DNA from: Thermoplasmata archaeon
Lineage (GTDB): Archaea; Thermoplasmatota; Thermoplasmata; Lutacidiplasmatales; UBA184
Reading direction: 5' to 3'
Assembly: GCA_021812305.1 (NCBI GenBank)
Contig: JAKAOB010000003.1
Span: forward strand, 1 to 43,718
DNA length: 43,718 bases
Within the stretch, counting starts at the first letter, position 1; each line of letters starts with the position of its first letter. The notes below the pieces were generated by a model that worked only from the letters and a program-made list of their open reading frames with translations, did not search any database and was not told the origin of the DNA. A program made the position numbers and the translations under genes. Shown piece after piece: positions 29,155 through 38,460 of the stretch.

Positions 29155-29490
29155 TCACCGGCACCGGCCCCCGGCCCGGTGCAGGGGGCGATGGGCCGGC
29201 GGCCGCAGGACCGGCGGACCACCGGTGCGGGCCGGCCGCGCGCACGGCACGTGAGCCCCCGGGCGAAGCACCGGGATCGCGGGGGAGGAGTGCGGCGGGG
29301 GGACGTACGGCTCCGGCACCGGGCGGGACGGGATCGCGCCTCGCCCCTCGGCCCGGGCCGTCGCGATGAGACAGTCGTCCAGGCAGTGCGGGCAGCGAAA
29401 GCGCTGACCGACCGGGACGCTGAGGGAGATCGCCCGGCACTCCGCCCCGGTCTCGTGGCCGCAGCTCGGACAGGGGTGAAGCGGGCGCAT
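29155..29490 (-). CDS. Small putative Zn-finger protein
   Basis: CPSC...C...CPHC..C followed by a Pro-rich tail. Confidence 0.4.
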   Translation of the reverse strand: MRPLHPCPSCGHETGAECRAISLSVPVGQRFRCPHCLDDCLIATARAEGRGAIPSRPVPEPYVPPPHSSPAIPVLRPGAHVPCARPARTGGPPVLRPPAHRPLHRAGGRCR

Positions 29491-29758
29491 CGAAGCCCGG
29501 AGGAGAGAAGGAGGGGAAGTTCGGACCCTGTCCCACCCGGTCCGTCCCGACCCGCTCCTCCTGCGGATCGCTGGGTCCGGTGTTCCTCGGGTCGAGAACC
29601 TCTCGTCCTTCCCGATCCGCTACCTTGCGCCCGGATAGATATCCGTGAGGTCAAGCCGGGCGGACGCGGGCCGGCCGGCGGTCCGAGGGCCGACCCGCGG
29701 GCCGTCGAGAGCAGTGGACGGAGGCCCTAAGCACGAGCCGGCCGGTGCGGGAGCGACG

Positions 29759-29983
29759 ATGACCGGAGAATCGATGGCGGCCGGGACGACGATGACCTTC
29801 AAGACCCCGGGAACACCGGAAGGGATGCGCCGGGCGATCCTCCTGTCGATCCTGGGGCCGGTCGCGTGGTTGTGCTTTACCCTGGTCTATGTAGGGTTCT
29901 GGGCGCAGGGGTTCACCCTGTTCCAGAGCATCGTGGTCGTCCTGACCTCCCTGGTCGCCCTGGCGGGCGTCATGGGGGGGTAG
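29759..29983 (+). pseudogene. Small 2-TM membrane protein gene, apparently 3'-truncated by the element insertion
   Basis: The second TM helix runs straight into G7-TAG (...LAGVMGG*) with no polar tail, exactly where base composition changes. Confidence 0.55.
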
Positions 29984-30020
29984 TACCATAGGGGGTCGAA
30001 ATGACACCCCCCACCCCTCT
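29977..30020 (+). repeat. Candidate left terminal inverted repeat of the casposon
   Basis: GGGGTAGTACCATAGGGGGTCGAAATGACACCCCCCACCCCTCT starts with GGGG and contains an imperfect palindrome (GGGGGTC-GAAAT-GACACCCCC). No partner copy was found in the window. Confidence 0.55.
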
Positions 30021-30127
30021 CACGAAGCGTCCTTCATCTCAAGGGATTGCCGCAAGCCAGTCCCGTCGCGAGCGAGTGGCTCAACGGGTCAGGCTGGAGG
30101 CGGTTCTTGCCGCGTTCGCCAATGAGC

Positions 30128-33100
30128 CTATGACGGCTCTGGGTCCCAAGCGGTCACGCCGTGAACGCCAAAAGCTAGGGTGAAACGCACTGGGTCGCCA
30201 CGATGCAATGGAACGCTACCTGGCCGTCTCGGATTGAAGAACAAATCCAGCCCGAGATTCGGAACGTTGTGCGGATAAACGGATCCGACGCTTTCGTAGG
30301 TCACTTCCTTAACCCGGCCGGTGAAAATCTTTCGATGGCCGCCCTCCCGGATGAAGTAAAGATATGGGCGTGAAATCAACTTCGGCGTCCCCCTTCGAAT
30401 CTCGCCGAGCAACCGCCTGACCTCCGCGCCTCTTTCTGCGCCGACCAACGCTGTTGCTCGCTGCACCAAGTCAAGCCAACTAAGTTGCCACCGCTTCGGA
30501 TGCTCGGAGCAGGCTCGGCCGATCATATCGGAAAGGATCACCGCCTTAGGGTACGAAGGATTGTCCGCTTTGAGTTCGGTTTCCAGGCTCGCGCGAAAAG
30601 CCGGCACGCACGGACTCTTGGCGCCTACTGCCGCTTCGAGATAGCGCCGGGCGTCTGCTATTCTATTCGACTGCTCCGCTCGCTGATACAATAGGAAATA
30701 CCCAAAACCTGTACCCTGAGACTTGAGCAGACTCTCAGCAAGGGCGTCGTCCAGTTCCCCGGCGTCGTCGGCGAGGCGTGCCATCTGGTCAGTCAGGAAT
30801 GCGTCAGTATTGCCGGACGCCTCCCATCCCTCCTGCAGCACGCCCAGCGCTTCTCCAAGCAACGAAATGCGCTTGGGTCCCTCCGTTCTGCCTGCCAAGT
30901 CACGCAGCACTCGCGCTTCAACGCCGTACGAGTGGGAATTCCATCTGGTCCCCGTCCTCGACTCGCGCAGGAGCTCCCTGATACGAAGGACCTCGGAGGA
31001 CTGTTCGAGACCGGGCAACTCCTTGCCCTCATAGCTCTTCCAAAGAGCGTCGGCGCGAGTCGTCTGAATGATCTCCAGCCGTTCAGTAGGGGGCTCCTCC
31101 ATCCGGGCGAGAGAGATCGCATCGTCCAGCGTCGCCAGCGCAGCGGCGTACTGTCTATCGTCCAGCAGCCTGATTCCCTGATGATGCCGGAGCAGCGAAG
31201 TCATTCCACGCGATTCTAAGCGTTGGAAAAGGTTGAGAATCGTCTGACGATCTGCGATTGTGTCGACTGGGGTCTCCCGCTCCTGCCGGCCAGGTCGGCC
31301 GACAAGAAGGTCGGCCACAAACTGGTGTTCCGCTCCGCTATCCAAATTGACCGCCCCCAGGATAGTCTCCAGCGCAGAGAGGATGGTTGGTCCTCCGCCC
31401 AGCTCCTGTGAAACAAGCTCGCCGAATCTGGAATGGAAAAACGAGACCGTAGGAGTGGGCGGGACCTCATCAACCGTCAAGATTTGGGCACACTCATCTA
31501 TGCGCGTGAACAGCTCTCCGTAGTCACATCTGAGTGCCTTTGCGAGGACTGGGAGCGGGACTGGAGTCCTTCCGAGGGTCGAGAGGAGGGCTAGTCTGAC
31601 TACTGCTTGCGCACCTGCGCTGAGGTTCAAGACCGACTGCCGTGCGATATCTTGGAAACTCTTCCGAGATTCGTCGACCAGTCGGTACATCAACTCGATG
31701 AACGTCCGGTCAGCGCTCACCTGTGATTCGAGTTCCGCGCGCGACCAACGGAAGGGTCGAACTGTTGGATCAAGCTGGTCGACATAGTCCGTGAACGGGC
31801 CAATTTCGTTCGCCTCAATCGAGTCCGGGACCCGAATCTGACAGACTTCGATTCCGAACTCTCGAACGCGATCCGGATCAATCGGCTCATACGCAACCGA
31901 AATCACTAGAACATCCGCAAAACCCCGCCACTGAAGAGAATTGATGAGGCTTCGAGCATTTTCGCCCCGGACCTGATCATCTAACAAGACAGTCAAAAAG
32001 GTCCGCCGATCTTCGCTCGTTGAACGAGCCAACTTACCGAACGCCACAACTGAGTCCTCATCAGGGGTGGCTGCACGCTGTCCGAGTCGAAGCCCGACGG
32101 ATGGAAACTCTCGAACTGCCGAGAATAGTGCCGCGTTGGCAGCGACTGTTTTCCCCGAGCCGGGCCGGCCGTAGAGGTGAATCAGAGCTGGTGGGCGAGG
32201 ATCTAGTGAAACCCACTTTGTAACGAAGGCTCGCTCTTGGCGTATGAGTTCGCGGTTCCACTCGAGTCGGTTCGAGTAAGGGCCTAGCTCGGACGTTCTT
32301 CCTCTGAAGAAATCCTTCGGGGGACACTTCCGTTCGAGCTCCAGCTGGGTGACTGGGTCAAACTGTCGGAGAAGGTCGGTCACCCGAGCCGCGTCTATGG
32401 AAAGGGTTCGGTCTCCAAAGGCGAGAACAAGTTGGGTCTTCTCAACGGTCCTGTCCACTTCCTCAGACAGTCGCCGAGCAAATTCGGCTGCGGGTTCGAC
32501 GATTGGTTCGATTCCTAGGATCCCGAATCGCCGCTTCCTTTCGTCGTTGGGATCGGATCGAAAAAGAGCGCGAATGGGAATCCTAGACCTCGAGGCGAGC
32601 CCTCTGATGACCTCAGCGGACTTTTCGAGGATTCCATCGTCGAAACTGTATCCGATTGCGAGAACCCCAGTGGCACGGACGAACTCGTCCAAGTGCTCGA
32701 ACATCAAATGGTTCTCGCGCTCCTTTCTGGCGATGTCCGCGCTACTGAGCGCCATCTGACCGCCTGAGTCAATTGGCGCCGTTCGGCAGCCCATAATCTT
32801 GAAGATCGGAACCGTTCCGGGGGTGACGAACATCACCCTGCGTGCATCCACGTAGACGATTGGCTTGACCATTCTCCCGTCGCGATAGTGGTCCTCGATC
32901 GCTGTGTCGAAATTAGTCGTGTAGACGGCCGACCAGGGCAGATCCAAGATCGAGCCGAGTTCAGCGCTCGCTCTGACGTTCGCGAGACGCTTTGCTACGG
33001 AAGCATACACCTCGGACCTTCGGCCGAGGCGAATGCAAATGTCATCCAAAGTATTGCGTGGGCTTTCTTGGGCCGGGACTCCCATTTCATTGGCGACCCA

Positions 33101-33214
33101 AGCCGCCAAATCTCCCCATGATGCTCCGCCGGAGTCGGCGGTCATGCCCGCTCCTACAAACAGAACGCCGCCGCCGTTGCGGATGTCCTGCGCGAGAGTA
33201 TCAATCAACCCCAA
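30128..33214 (-). CDS. SIR2-like domain + STAND P-loop NTPase + TPR-like + C-terminal OB/cold-shock-like domain (Avs-like defense protein)
   Basis: VLFVGAG, YTTNFD and IGYSFDD (SIR2); Walker A LYGRPGSGKT; Walker B VLLDD; helical repeats; C-terminal FTGRVK...GDPVRFTLAF. Confidence 0.85.
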   Translation of the reverse strand: MGLIDTLAQDIRNGGGVLFVGAGMTADSGGASWGDLAAWVANEMGVPAQESPRNTLDDICIRLGRRSEVYASVAKRLANVRASAELGSILDLPWSAVYTTNFDTAIEDHYRDGRMVKPIVYVDARRVMFVTPGTVPIFKIMGCRTAPIDSGGQMALSSADIARKERENHLMFEHLDEFVRATGVLAIGYSFDDGILEKSAEVIRGLASRSRIPIRALFRSDPNDERKRRFGILGIEPIVEPAAEFARRLSEEVDRTVEKTQLVLAFGDRTLSIDAARVTDLLRQFDPVTQLELERKCPPKDFFRGRTSELGPYSNRLEWNRELIRQERAFVTKWVSLDPRPPALIHLYGRPGSGKTVAANAALFSAVREFPSVGLRLGQRAATPDEDSVVAFGKLARSTSEDRRTFLTVLLDDQVRGENARSLINSLQWRGFADVLVISVAYEPIDPDRVREFGIEVCQIRVPDSIEANEIGPFTDYVDQLDPTVRPFRWSRAELESQVSADRTFIELMYRLVDESRKSFQDIARQSVLNLSAGAQAVVRLALLSTLGRTPVPLPVLAKALRCDYGELFTRIDECAQILTVDEVPPTPTVSFFHSRFGELVSQELGGGPTILSALETILGAVNLDSGAEHQFVADLLVGRPGRQERETPVDTIADRQTILNLFQRLESRGMTSLLRHHQGIRLLDDRQYAAALATLDDAISLARMEEPPTERLEIIQTTRADALWKSYEGKELPGLEQSSEVLRIRELLRESRTGTRWNSHSYGVEARVLRDLAGRTEGPKRISLLGEALGVLQEGWEASGNTDAFLTDQMARLADDAGELDDALAESLLKSQGTGFGYFLLYQRAEQSNRIADARRYLEAAVGAKSPCVPAFRASLETELKADNPSYPKAVILSDMIGRACSEHPKRWQLSWLDLVQRATALVGAERGAEVRRLLGEIRRGTPKLISRPYLYFIREGGHRKIFTGRVKEVTYESVGSVYPHNVPNLGLDLFFNPRRPGSVPLHRGDPVRFTLAFGVHGVTAWDPEPS

Positions 33215-33342
33215 GGCCGTTCCGCCCGATTCGGTCCTAACTGGCGAGAAGCTGCGTGGACTTGAGCCTAGCTGCTGTATCGGATGTATTCCTGAGCCAG
33301 TATCAGGCCCCTTCGCCCCACCGGCGAGGAGGATTCCTTTCC

Positions 33343-36021
33343 CTAGCTGTGGGCGGCTCCGTTCAAGATATGGGCGACCCGCTCGAGCAGCCCTCCCCGG
33401 TACCCCCTCACGACCTCCCCCTTCCTCAGCCTCTTCCTGAGCCTCGCGAAGTTCCTCTTGTCAATCCCATGCTCAGTGGCCCAAGAGAGAGGCAGGGCGA
33501 GGATTCGTTCGGCCCAAGGAACGTAGACCTTCGCCCGTGCTCCGGTCGGACCGACGCCCAGAACCCGGGCTGTCTCGATTCGGTTCGCCTCCTTGCCGAT
33601 CCCGTGGGTCCGGGACCTTCGGACCAGGACGTTCCGCCGAACCATCCGGCCCCCCGCGTCGCGCCCGCATTTCCGGTCCTCGTGCTCCGCGAAAGCCTCG
33701 ACCACTGAGCTCCAGTCTCTCTGACCAGGTAGTCCCATGAGCGCATCCCGGCCTACGGTGTCCTCCTTGGAGAGGTAGGGGACGAGCTCGGATCTCCACC
33801 CATCAACGGCCGCAGACGGCTCGATGTAGCGAGCCGTCATGAACGAGAATGGCCGGATCGACCCGAGGCGTTTCACCCGTGGCAAGAGCATCGGGGTCGA
33901 CAGGGAGAACTGCGCCGTGGCCGGAATCCCGACGAACCGCTTACCCGCACTCGGCCCCTCCTCAATGATCGCCTCCCAGACGTGCGCGATGAACTCCTTC
34001 CGCTCCCCGGCTACCTCGAAGGATCCTAGGCCGTGGTCAGACGCGGATTTCCGAAAGACGTGGGGCCGGCCGTGACGGTCTCGGACGAAGAGGCAGTAGC
34101 GTTTACAGGAGAGGCCATAGAACGATGGGGCGACGGCCGGAGAACCCGCCGGATACTGTTCTCGCGGGGCCTTCTCGCCAGTCTCGTCCTTCAAGAAGTG
34201 GGTCGGGATGGCGTAGGGATTGAGCGAGTCAAAGACCCGAGTGACCTCCGGAGCGATTCGGGAAGGCGTGACGAAGACCGAGTCGGTGTCTTCGTAAACG
34301 ACCTCGCCGCCGTTCGACTGGACAACCACTTCTGCCAAAGCAAGCAGCAGATGCGAGGCGGAGGTGAGGGTCGCCCCGAGGAGCGGGCAGTAGAAGTCGC
34401 CGACCTCCTCCGTCTCAGAGTCCTCCCACTCGAACGGGTCGTCGGTGAGGCCGTGAATCGTTGAGGTGCCGGCCCCTCGCTTCCGGTTCACTTCAACCGA
34501 GATCCCGTAGGCCAGCGCGTTGGAGAGGATCTTCAGCCCTTGGGCGCGAGACTCCCATCCCAGCGTTTTCGTCGCCTTCTCCCGGATGCGCTCCTCGGAG
34601 AGCTTCCGGACCATGTCCTCCTCGGACCCGATGTCGACGCCGAGCAGCCGGATCGGGCGAACTGCCTGCCGGCGGACGGGCTCGAACGTGGTCGCCCGGA
34701 CGATGCGCGGGACCCGGCCCGATTGCAGCTTTGCGGCGATGAGGTCCGGAACCAGGTAACGAAGTGTCGTCCCGGGCTCCGAGGTGACATGATTCCAGCC
34801 GATGGTCGGGGGCTGCGAGGGGTCTCCGTTGTAGGTCGAACGGACTGGGAGAATCTCGCCCCGGGCCTCGACTTCGCAGAGGGTCCACATCCGGAGGTCC
34901 AGCCACGTCTCGCGACGGAGCAGGTCCGCGACTGTCAGGGAGTCCAGCCACGACCGGACCTCCCCAGTGGAATCGCGGGTCCGGAGGCGCTTGCCGGTCA
35001 GGAACTGGTCGGCGGCCAGCAGGCAGTAGAGCGATGGGAACTCGGAGGTGAAATCGAGGACGGCTACGTCAGGGACCTCGCGTCCGGCGACCCGGCACTC
35101 GACCTTACCCGCGTAGAACGCGGACATGACCCACCCGGTCCAGTCCGCCGAAAGCTGGGGTGGCACGATGCCCCGGGCGCGAAGAGCCGCCTTCGCGAGG
35201 GAAGCTGGGGAGAAGAGGCGCGTCGGGTGCTCCTCGACGCCGAAGGCCCGATACCGGGCGACGCACTTCTCGTAGAGCTCGTAGGTGAGAGCCACATCAT
35301 TGAGCGCGTAGTCGAGATACCGGGCGTCGACAGGGCCGTGGTAGTCGGTCCTGGTTTTCTTCCGCGCGCATCCGAACGCAGTCCCCGCGGACTCGAGCGA
35401 GTGCCTCTCGCCCGTCAGCACATGAACGAAGGTCCGCAGGTCCAGGAAGGCTCCTCGATAGCGGCGCCAGCGGTTCTTGGTCCCGGCGAAGGCGATGAAC
35501 GACTTTGTCGAGTCGACGCGTTGGACCCGGATGTTCGGAATGTGCCCGGACTCGGGGTCGGACCGTTGGACGAGTCGGAGCGTGAAGTGCTCCTTAGTCC
35601 CGATCCTCTCCCTGGGGGCCCAGTCGACGGCCAGCCGCGCGAGGTCGAAGGGCAGGTTGAACCCGACGACGATGGCCTGCATCTCGAGCGCCAGGGGGAC
35701 GAAGAGCTTCCGGACGAAGCGGTCGAGCGTGAGCACGTCCGCGTCGTGCGCCTTCGCCCACGCGGCAACCGACCGGGCCTCGGCCTCCGTCAGCCTTCCG
35801 GTGAAGACGATGGTCCGGCAGAGGTGTCCGAGGGCGTACTCGCGGGCGATCCCGAAGCGGAGCTCCTGCTGGAGATCCGTCGTCGTTTCGGTGTCGAGGA
35901 TGAGAACCAGATCGGCGTTGGGGGTCTCCGGTTCGGGGCGCACTCGCTTCGAGGATTGCTTGGGCTTGGAGTGGACCCGAACGTAGACCGGCGGCTCTTC
36001 GAGCGTTGCGGCTGCGTTCAT
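33343..36021 (-). CDS. polB: Family B DNA polymerase of casposon type (892 aa)
   Basis: Exo I LDTET, Exo II GFNLPFD, Exo III YALND; Pol motif A DFTSEFPS, B KILSNALAYG, C YEDTDS, plus KRY. ATG 36021 overlaps the HNH stop (ATGA). Confidence 0.93.
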   Translation of the reverse strand: MNAAATLEEPPVYVRVHSKPKQSSKRVRPEPETPNADLVLILDTETTTDLQQELRFGIAREYALGHLCRTIVFTGRLTEAEARSVAAWAKAHDADVLTLDRFVRKLFVPLALEMQAIVVGFNLPFDLARLAVDWAPRERIGTKEHFTLRLVQRSDPESGHIPNIRVQRVDSTKSFIAFAGTKNRWRRYRGAFLDLRTFVHVLTGERHSLESAGTAFGCARKKTRTDYHGPVDARYLDYALNDVALTYELYEKCVARYRAFGVEEHPTRLFSPASLAKAALRARGIVPPQLSADWTGWVMSAFYAGKVECRVAGREVPDVAVLDFTSEFPSLYCLLAADQFLTGKRLRTRDSTGEVRSWLDSLTVADLLRRETWLDLRMWTLCEVEARGEILPVRSTYNGDPSQPPTIGWNHVTSEPGTTLRYLVPDLIAAKLQSGRVPRIVRATTFEPVRRQAVRPIRLLGVDIGSEEDMVRKLSEERIREKATKTLGWESRAQGLKILSNALAYGISVEVNRKRGAGTSTIHGLTDDPFEWEDSETEEVGDFYCPLLGATLTSASHLLLALAEVVVQSNGGEVVYEDTDSVFVTPSRIAPEVTRVFDSLNPYAIPTHFLKDETGEKAPREQYPAGSPAVAPSFYGLSCKRYCLFVRDRHGRPHVFRKSASDHGLGSFEVAGERKEFIAHVWEAIIEEGPSAGKRFVGIPATAQFSLSTPMLLPRVKRLGSIRPFSFMTARYIEPSAAVDGWRSELVPYLSKEDTVGRDALMGLPGQRDWSSVVEAFAEHEDRKCGRDAGGRMVRRNVLVRRSRTHGIGKEANRIETARVLGVGPTGARAKVYVPWAERILALPLSWATEHGIDKRNFARLRKRLRKGEVVRGYRGGLLERVAHILNGAAHS

Positions 36022-36452
36022 GCGGTCGCCTTGGCTGCTTCGGCGTACTGCGCTCGGAGCCGTTTTCCGGTCTCGTGGAAGGCGTAACCCTCGAACCGAG
36101 CCCGTTCTTCGCAGAGGTCGCTCAGCCCTCGAAGCACGAAGGTCGCCTTCAGTTCGGGCGGGTTGTTCTCCCGCTCCCAGCGTGGGTCCCAGCCATTCTG
36201 CCGTTCCGATAGCCGATTGTGACAACGCTCGCAGACAGGGACCGTGACCTCCGAGTTGAACTTCCCCGCGATGTGGTGGGCCTGAGTATCGACTCGCGAG
36301 TCGCAGACCGCGCAGCCGTTTGCCCCCTGGGCCCCCGACTTCACCCACTCGACCCACGCCGAAACAGTTCCGATCTGGCGAGGGACCCTGGCCCGGACGC
36401 CTTCGATAGCCCGGCCGAGGTTGGCAGTGGGATCGGGGACCGAGTCGCTCAT
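36018..36452 (-). CDS. HNH endonuclease-like Zn-binding protein (144 aa)
   Basis: CAVC...QAHHIAGKFNSEVTVPVCERCH. ATGA overlaps at both ends. Confidence 0.85.
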   Translation of the reverse strand: MSDSVPDPTANLGRAIEGVRARVPRQIGTVSAWVEWVKSGAQGANGCAVCDSRVDTQAHHIAGKFNSEVTVPVCERCHNRLSERQNGWDPRWERENNPPELKATFVLRGLSDLCEERARFEGYAFHETGKRLRAQYAEAAKATA

Positions 36453-37144
36453 CCGATTTCGTCGGCCTCCTCGGGCTCCGCGTAGAGGTCGCCGAACGCT
36501 CCGAAGTCCGCCTCGGATCGTTCGAGGGCCGCGCGCAACTTCCTGGGGTCGGTTTCGAAGGTGTGGAACTTGCCGGCGACGTCGACGTACGTCCGTCCTT
36601 CGAACTCCTTGAGTCGGCTCGCGTCGCCGGTTTCGAAGTAATGGCGAACGGCGTTCGCGTAGCGAGAGAGCAGCGTCGCCGTCTTCGAGTCGCCGACCAG
36701 GAAGGACCGCCGCGCGCCATGCTCGTAGGTCTGAAGGTATCGCTGGATCCGGTCGGAGCGTGTCGCTACCCAACGGCTTCCGCGCTTCTGGAAGGCCCCG
36801 CTGGCCCTCCGAACGGTCTTGGGCGAGATCCCGGCCTTTCGGGCGAGCTTGGAGAGGGAACCCTCGCCCCGGCGCACCCGAGAGACGACTTCCAAAGCCC
36901 GTTCACGATGAGCCCGTTCGCGTGGGGTAAGCTGGGTAAAGGGAAGACGGAACGCCGGAGCCCGAGGAACAGCCGATAGCGGCCGCTGTTCAGTCCGGGG
37001 GTGCCTTCGGAGCTGACTGAGGGTCGCGGTCGGATACCGGGCGTGGGTTCGGGCGATCCTGGCGGCGTAGGGGGTTCGTTGCGGCTGCCCGGCAGCCCAT
37101 TGCTCGTAGGACGCGTACTTCCGCGAGAAACGGCGGGGAGGCAT
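36449..37144 (-). CDS. Basic HTH-containing casposon protein
   Basis: HTH-like GEGSLSKLARKAGISPKTVRR; translationally coupled to the HNH gene. Confidence 0.75.
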   Translation of the reverse strand: MPPRRFSRKYASYEQWAAGQPQRTPYAARIARTHARYPTATLSQLRRHPRTEQRPLSAVPRAPAFRLPFTQLTPRERAHRERALEVVSRVRRGEGSLSKLARKAGISPKTVRRASGAFQKRGSRWVATRSDRIQRYLQTYEHGARRSFLVGDSKTATLLSRYANAVRHYFETGDASRLKEFEGRTYVDVAGKFHTFETDPRKLRAALERSEADFGAFGDLYAEPEEADEIG

Positions 37145-37145
37145 T

Positions 37146-37400
37146 CTACGCCCCCTCGGCGGGATTGTTCACGGGGTCCGGGGAGTTTCCCACGCCCCCC
37201 CGGGCCCTTTTCGCGGCCCAAGCCGCCCTCCGACATGTCTCGGCCTTCAGGCCGAGCCGCTGAGCGATCTCGGGCCAGGCGGCCCCGGAAGCTCGGAGCG
37301 AAGTGATCTCGCGTAGTTTCTCAGCCGTCACCTTTCGGGGGCGACCCGCTACGGTCCGCACCCTCTCGGGGGGTTCGGCCCCGCTCGCCACGTCGACCAT
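37146..37400 (-). CDS. Small HTH DNA-binding protein (resolvase/Hin-type HTH)
   Basis: GRPRKVT...LRASGAAWPEIAQRLGLKAETCRR. First gene of the polB operon. Confidence 0.8.
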   Translation of the reverse strand: MVDVASGAEPPERVRTVAGRPRKVTAEKLREITSLRASGAAWPEIAQRLGLKAETCRRAAWAAKRARGGVGNSPDPVNNPAEGA

Positions 37401-37463
37401 TGCCCTCGGTAGGTCTATGTTTCTTCACAGTGCATAAGTAGTATAGTGACGCTACGTGAAATT

Positions 37464-38225
37464 ATGCCCCGACATAGCTGGTCACCCGAGGAACTGGAGG
37501 ATCGCTTCGTTCCCTGTCTCAAGGACAAGGGCCGGGGCCTGACCTACGGGAAGACGGTCGCAGCCTACGCGGAGCGATGGCGGCCGTGCTCCGATAGGAC
37601 AGCCAAGGCTCACCTCGCGATCCTGGTCCGCGGGATCGGACAAGGGACCGTCAAGGAGATTGGCCGATACCGCGGCCCCGAGGGGTTCCTCTACGGGCTG
37701 CTCAACGAGAAATCGTTCGCAGACGCGAAGGAGGCCGCGGAGATACCGCCGGACTCTACCCCGAAACCTGCCTCTATCGTCCACCTCGGCGGTCCGTATC
37801 ACGATACGCCGATGCGTCTGGAATGGACGAACTGCCCCGTTACGGCGAAGATCGTCCGAACCCAAGTCTGGACCCTCGGGCTTGCCGATTTCATGTCGTG
37901 CCCCATCTGCAACTGGTTCCACTTCCTCGGGGTCAGCCCCAAGATGAAGGACCAACGCGTCTATGCATGGCAGATGGACCCCTTGGTGAATGCCGAGGAA
38001 TACGCGGACTCGCTATCGAGGCTGTTCCGGGGTGACCCTAAGACCTTCCGGCCCCAACCCTCGCGGATCCCTCGGATGCTCGGAGGCGGCCACTACGTCG
38101 GTCTGATGTTCCGCACCTCGTGGGACTACGATCCGATGGAACGCCTCCGAGAGCTGGGGGCCAGAGAGGTGAAGGGGGACCGGCGCAGGAAGGCCAAGGT
38201 ACGGAATTCGCGGTCGAAGGCCTAA
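37464..38225 (+). CDS. Hypothetical protein with putative winged HTH and a Cys/His cluster
   Basis: Helical N-terminus (SDRTAKAHLAIL) and NCPVT...SCPICNWFH. Divergent from the polB operon, with an AT-rich box at ~37434-37445. GTG 37446 is an alternative start. Confidence 0.6.
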   Translation: MPRHSWSPEELEDRFVPCLKDKGRGLTYGKTVAAYAERWRPCSDRTAKAHLAILVRGIGQGTVKEIGRYRGPEGFLYGLLNEKSFADAKEAAEIPPDSTPKPASIVHLGGPYHDTPMRLEWTNCPVTAKIVRTQVWTLGLADFMSCPICNWFHFLGVSPKMKDQRVYAWQMDPLVNAEEYADSLSRLFRGDPKTFRPQPSRIPRMLGGGHYVGLMFRTSWDYDPMERLRELGAREVKGDRRRKAKVRNSRSKA

Positions 38226-38460
38226 CGCCCGCACTCACCCGCGCCCGCCCCCCGCTCGCACGCGACGCACACGCACGCAGTACACGCACGCGTAGTGGTA
38301 CGCGCAGGGACAGCTACAGGCGAATTCGGTGGGGGCGGAGTCACATAAACATGTACGTAGGAAGTGGCCAGCCCAATCTCGCCGTCTGATATATTAATAT
38401 ATATAGGACGACGAGCGGACCGCGCTCCCTATCATAGGATAAGGCAAGACTGCCCCCGAA

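Noticed and set aside
71-29730. Many long overlapping ORFs (e.g. 9473..11788, 23706..26525, 27952..29730, 3237..4985)
   Set aside because: These are Arg/Pro/Gly-rich antisense or alternate frames of well-supported genes, expected in very GC-rich DNA.
29500-30130. tRNA gene as the integration target
   Set aside because: No cloverleaf or T-loop consensus was recognised at the junction or elsewhere; tRNAscan-SE would confirm.
36022-36720. 233-aa N-terminal extension of PolB (1125-aa ORF)
   Set aside because: It overlaps the HNH and HTH genes in other frames and has shadow-ORF composition. The ATGA overlap supports a start at 36021.
38255-38305. ACGCAC-type repeats as a mini CRISPR array
   Set aside because: The units are ~10 bp with a 13-bp period and no spacers.
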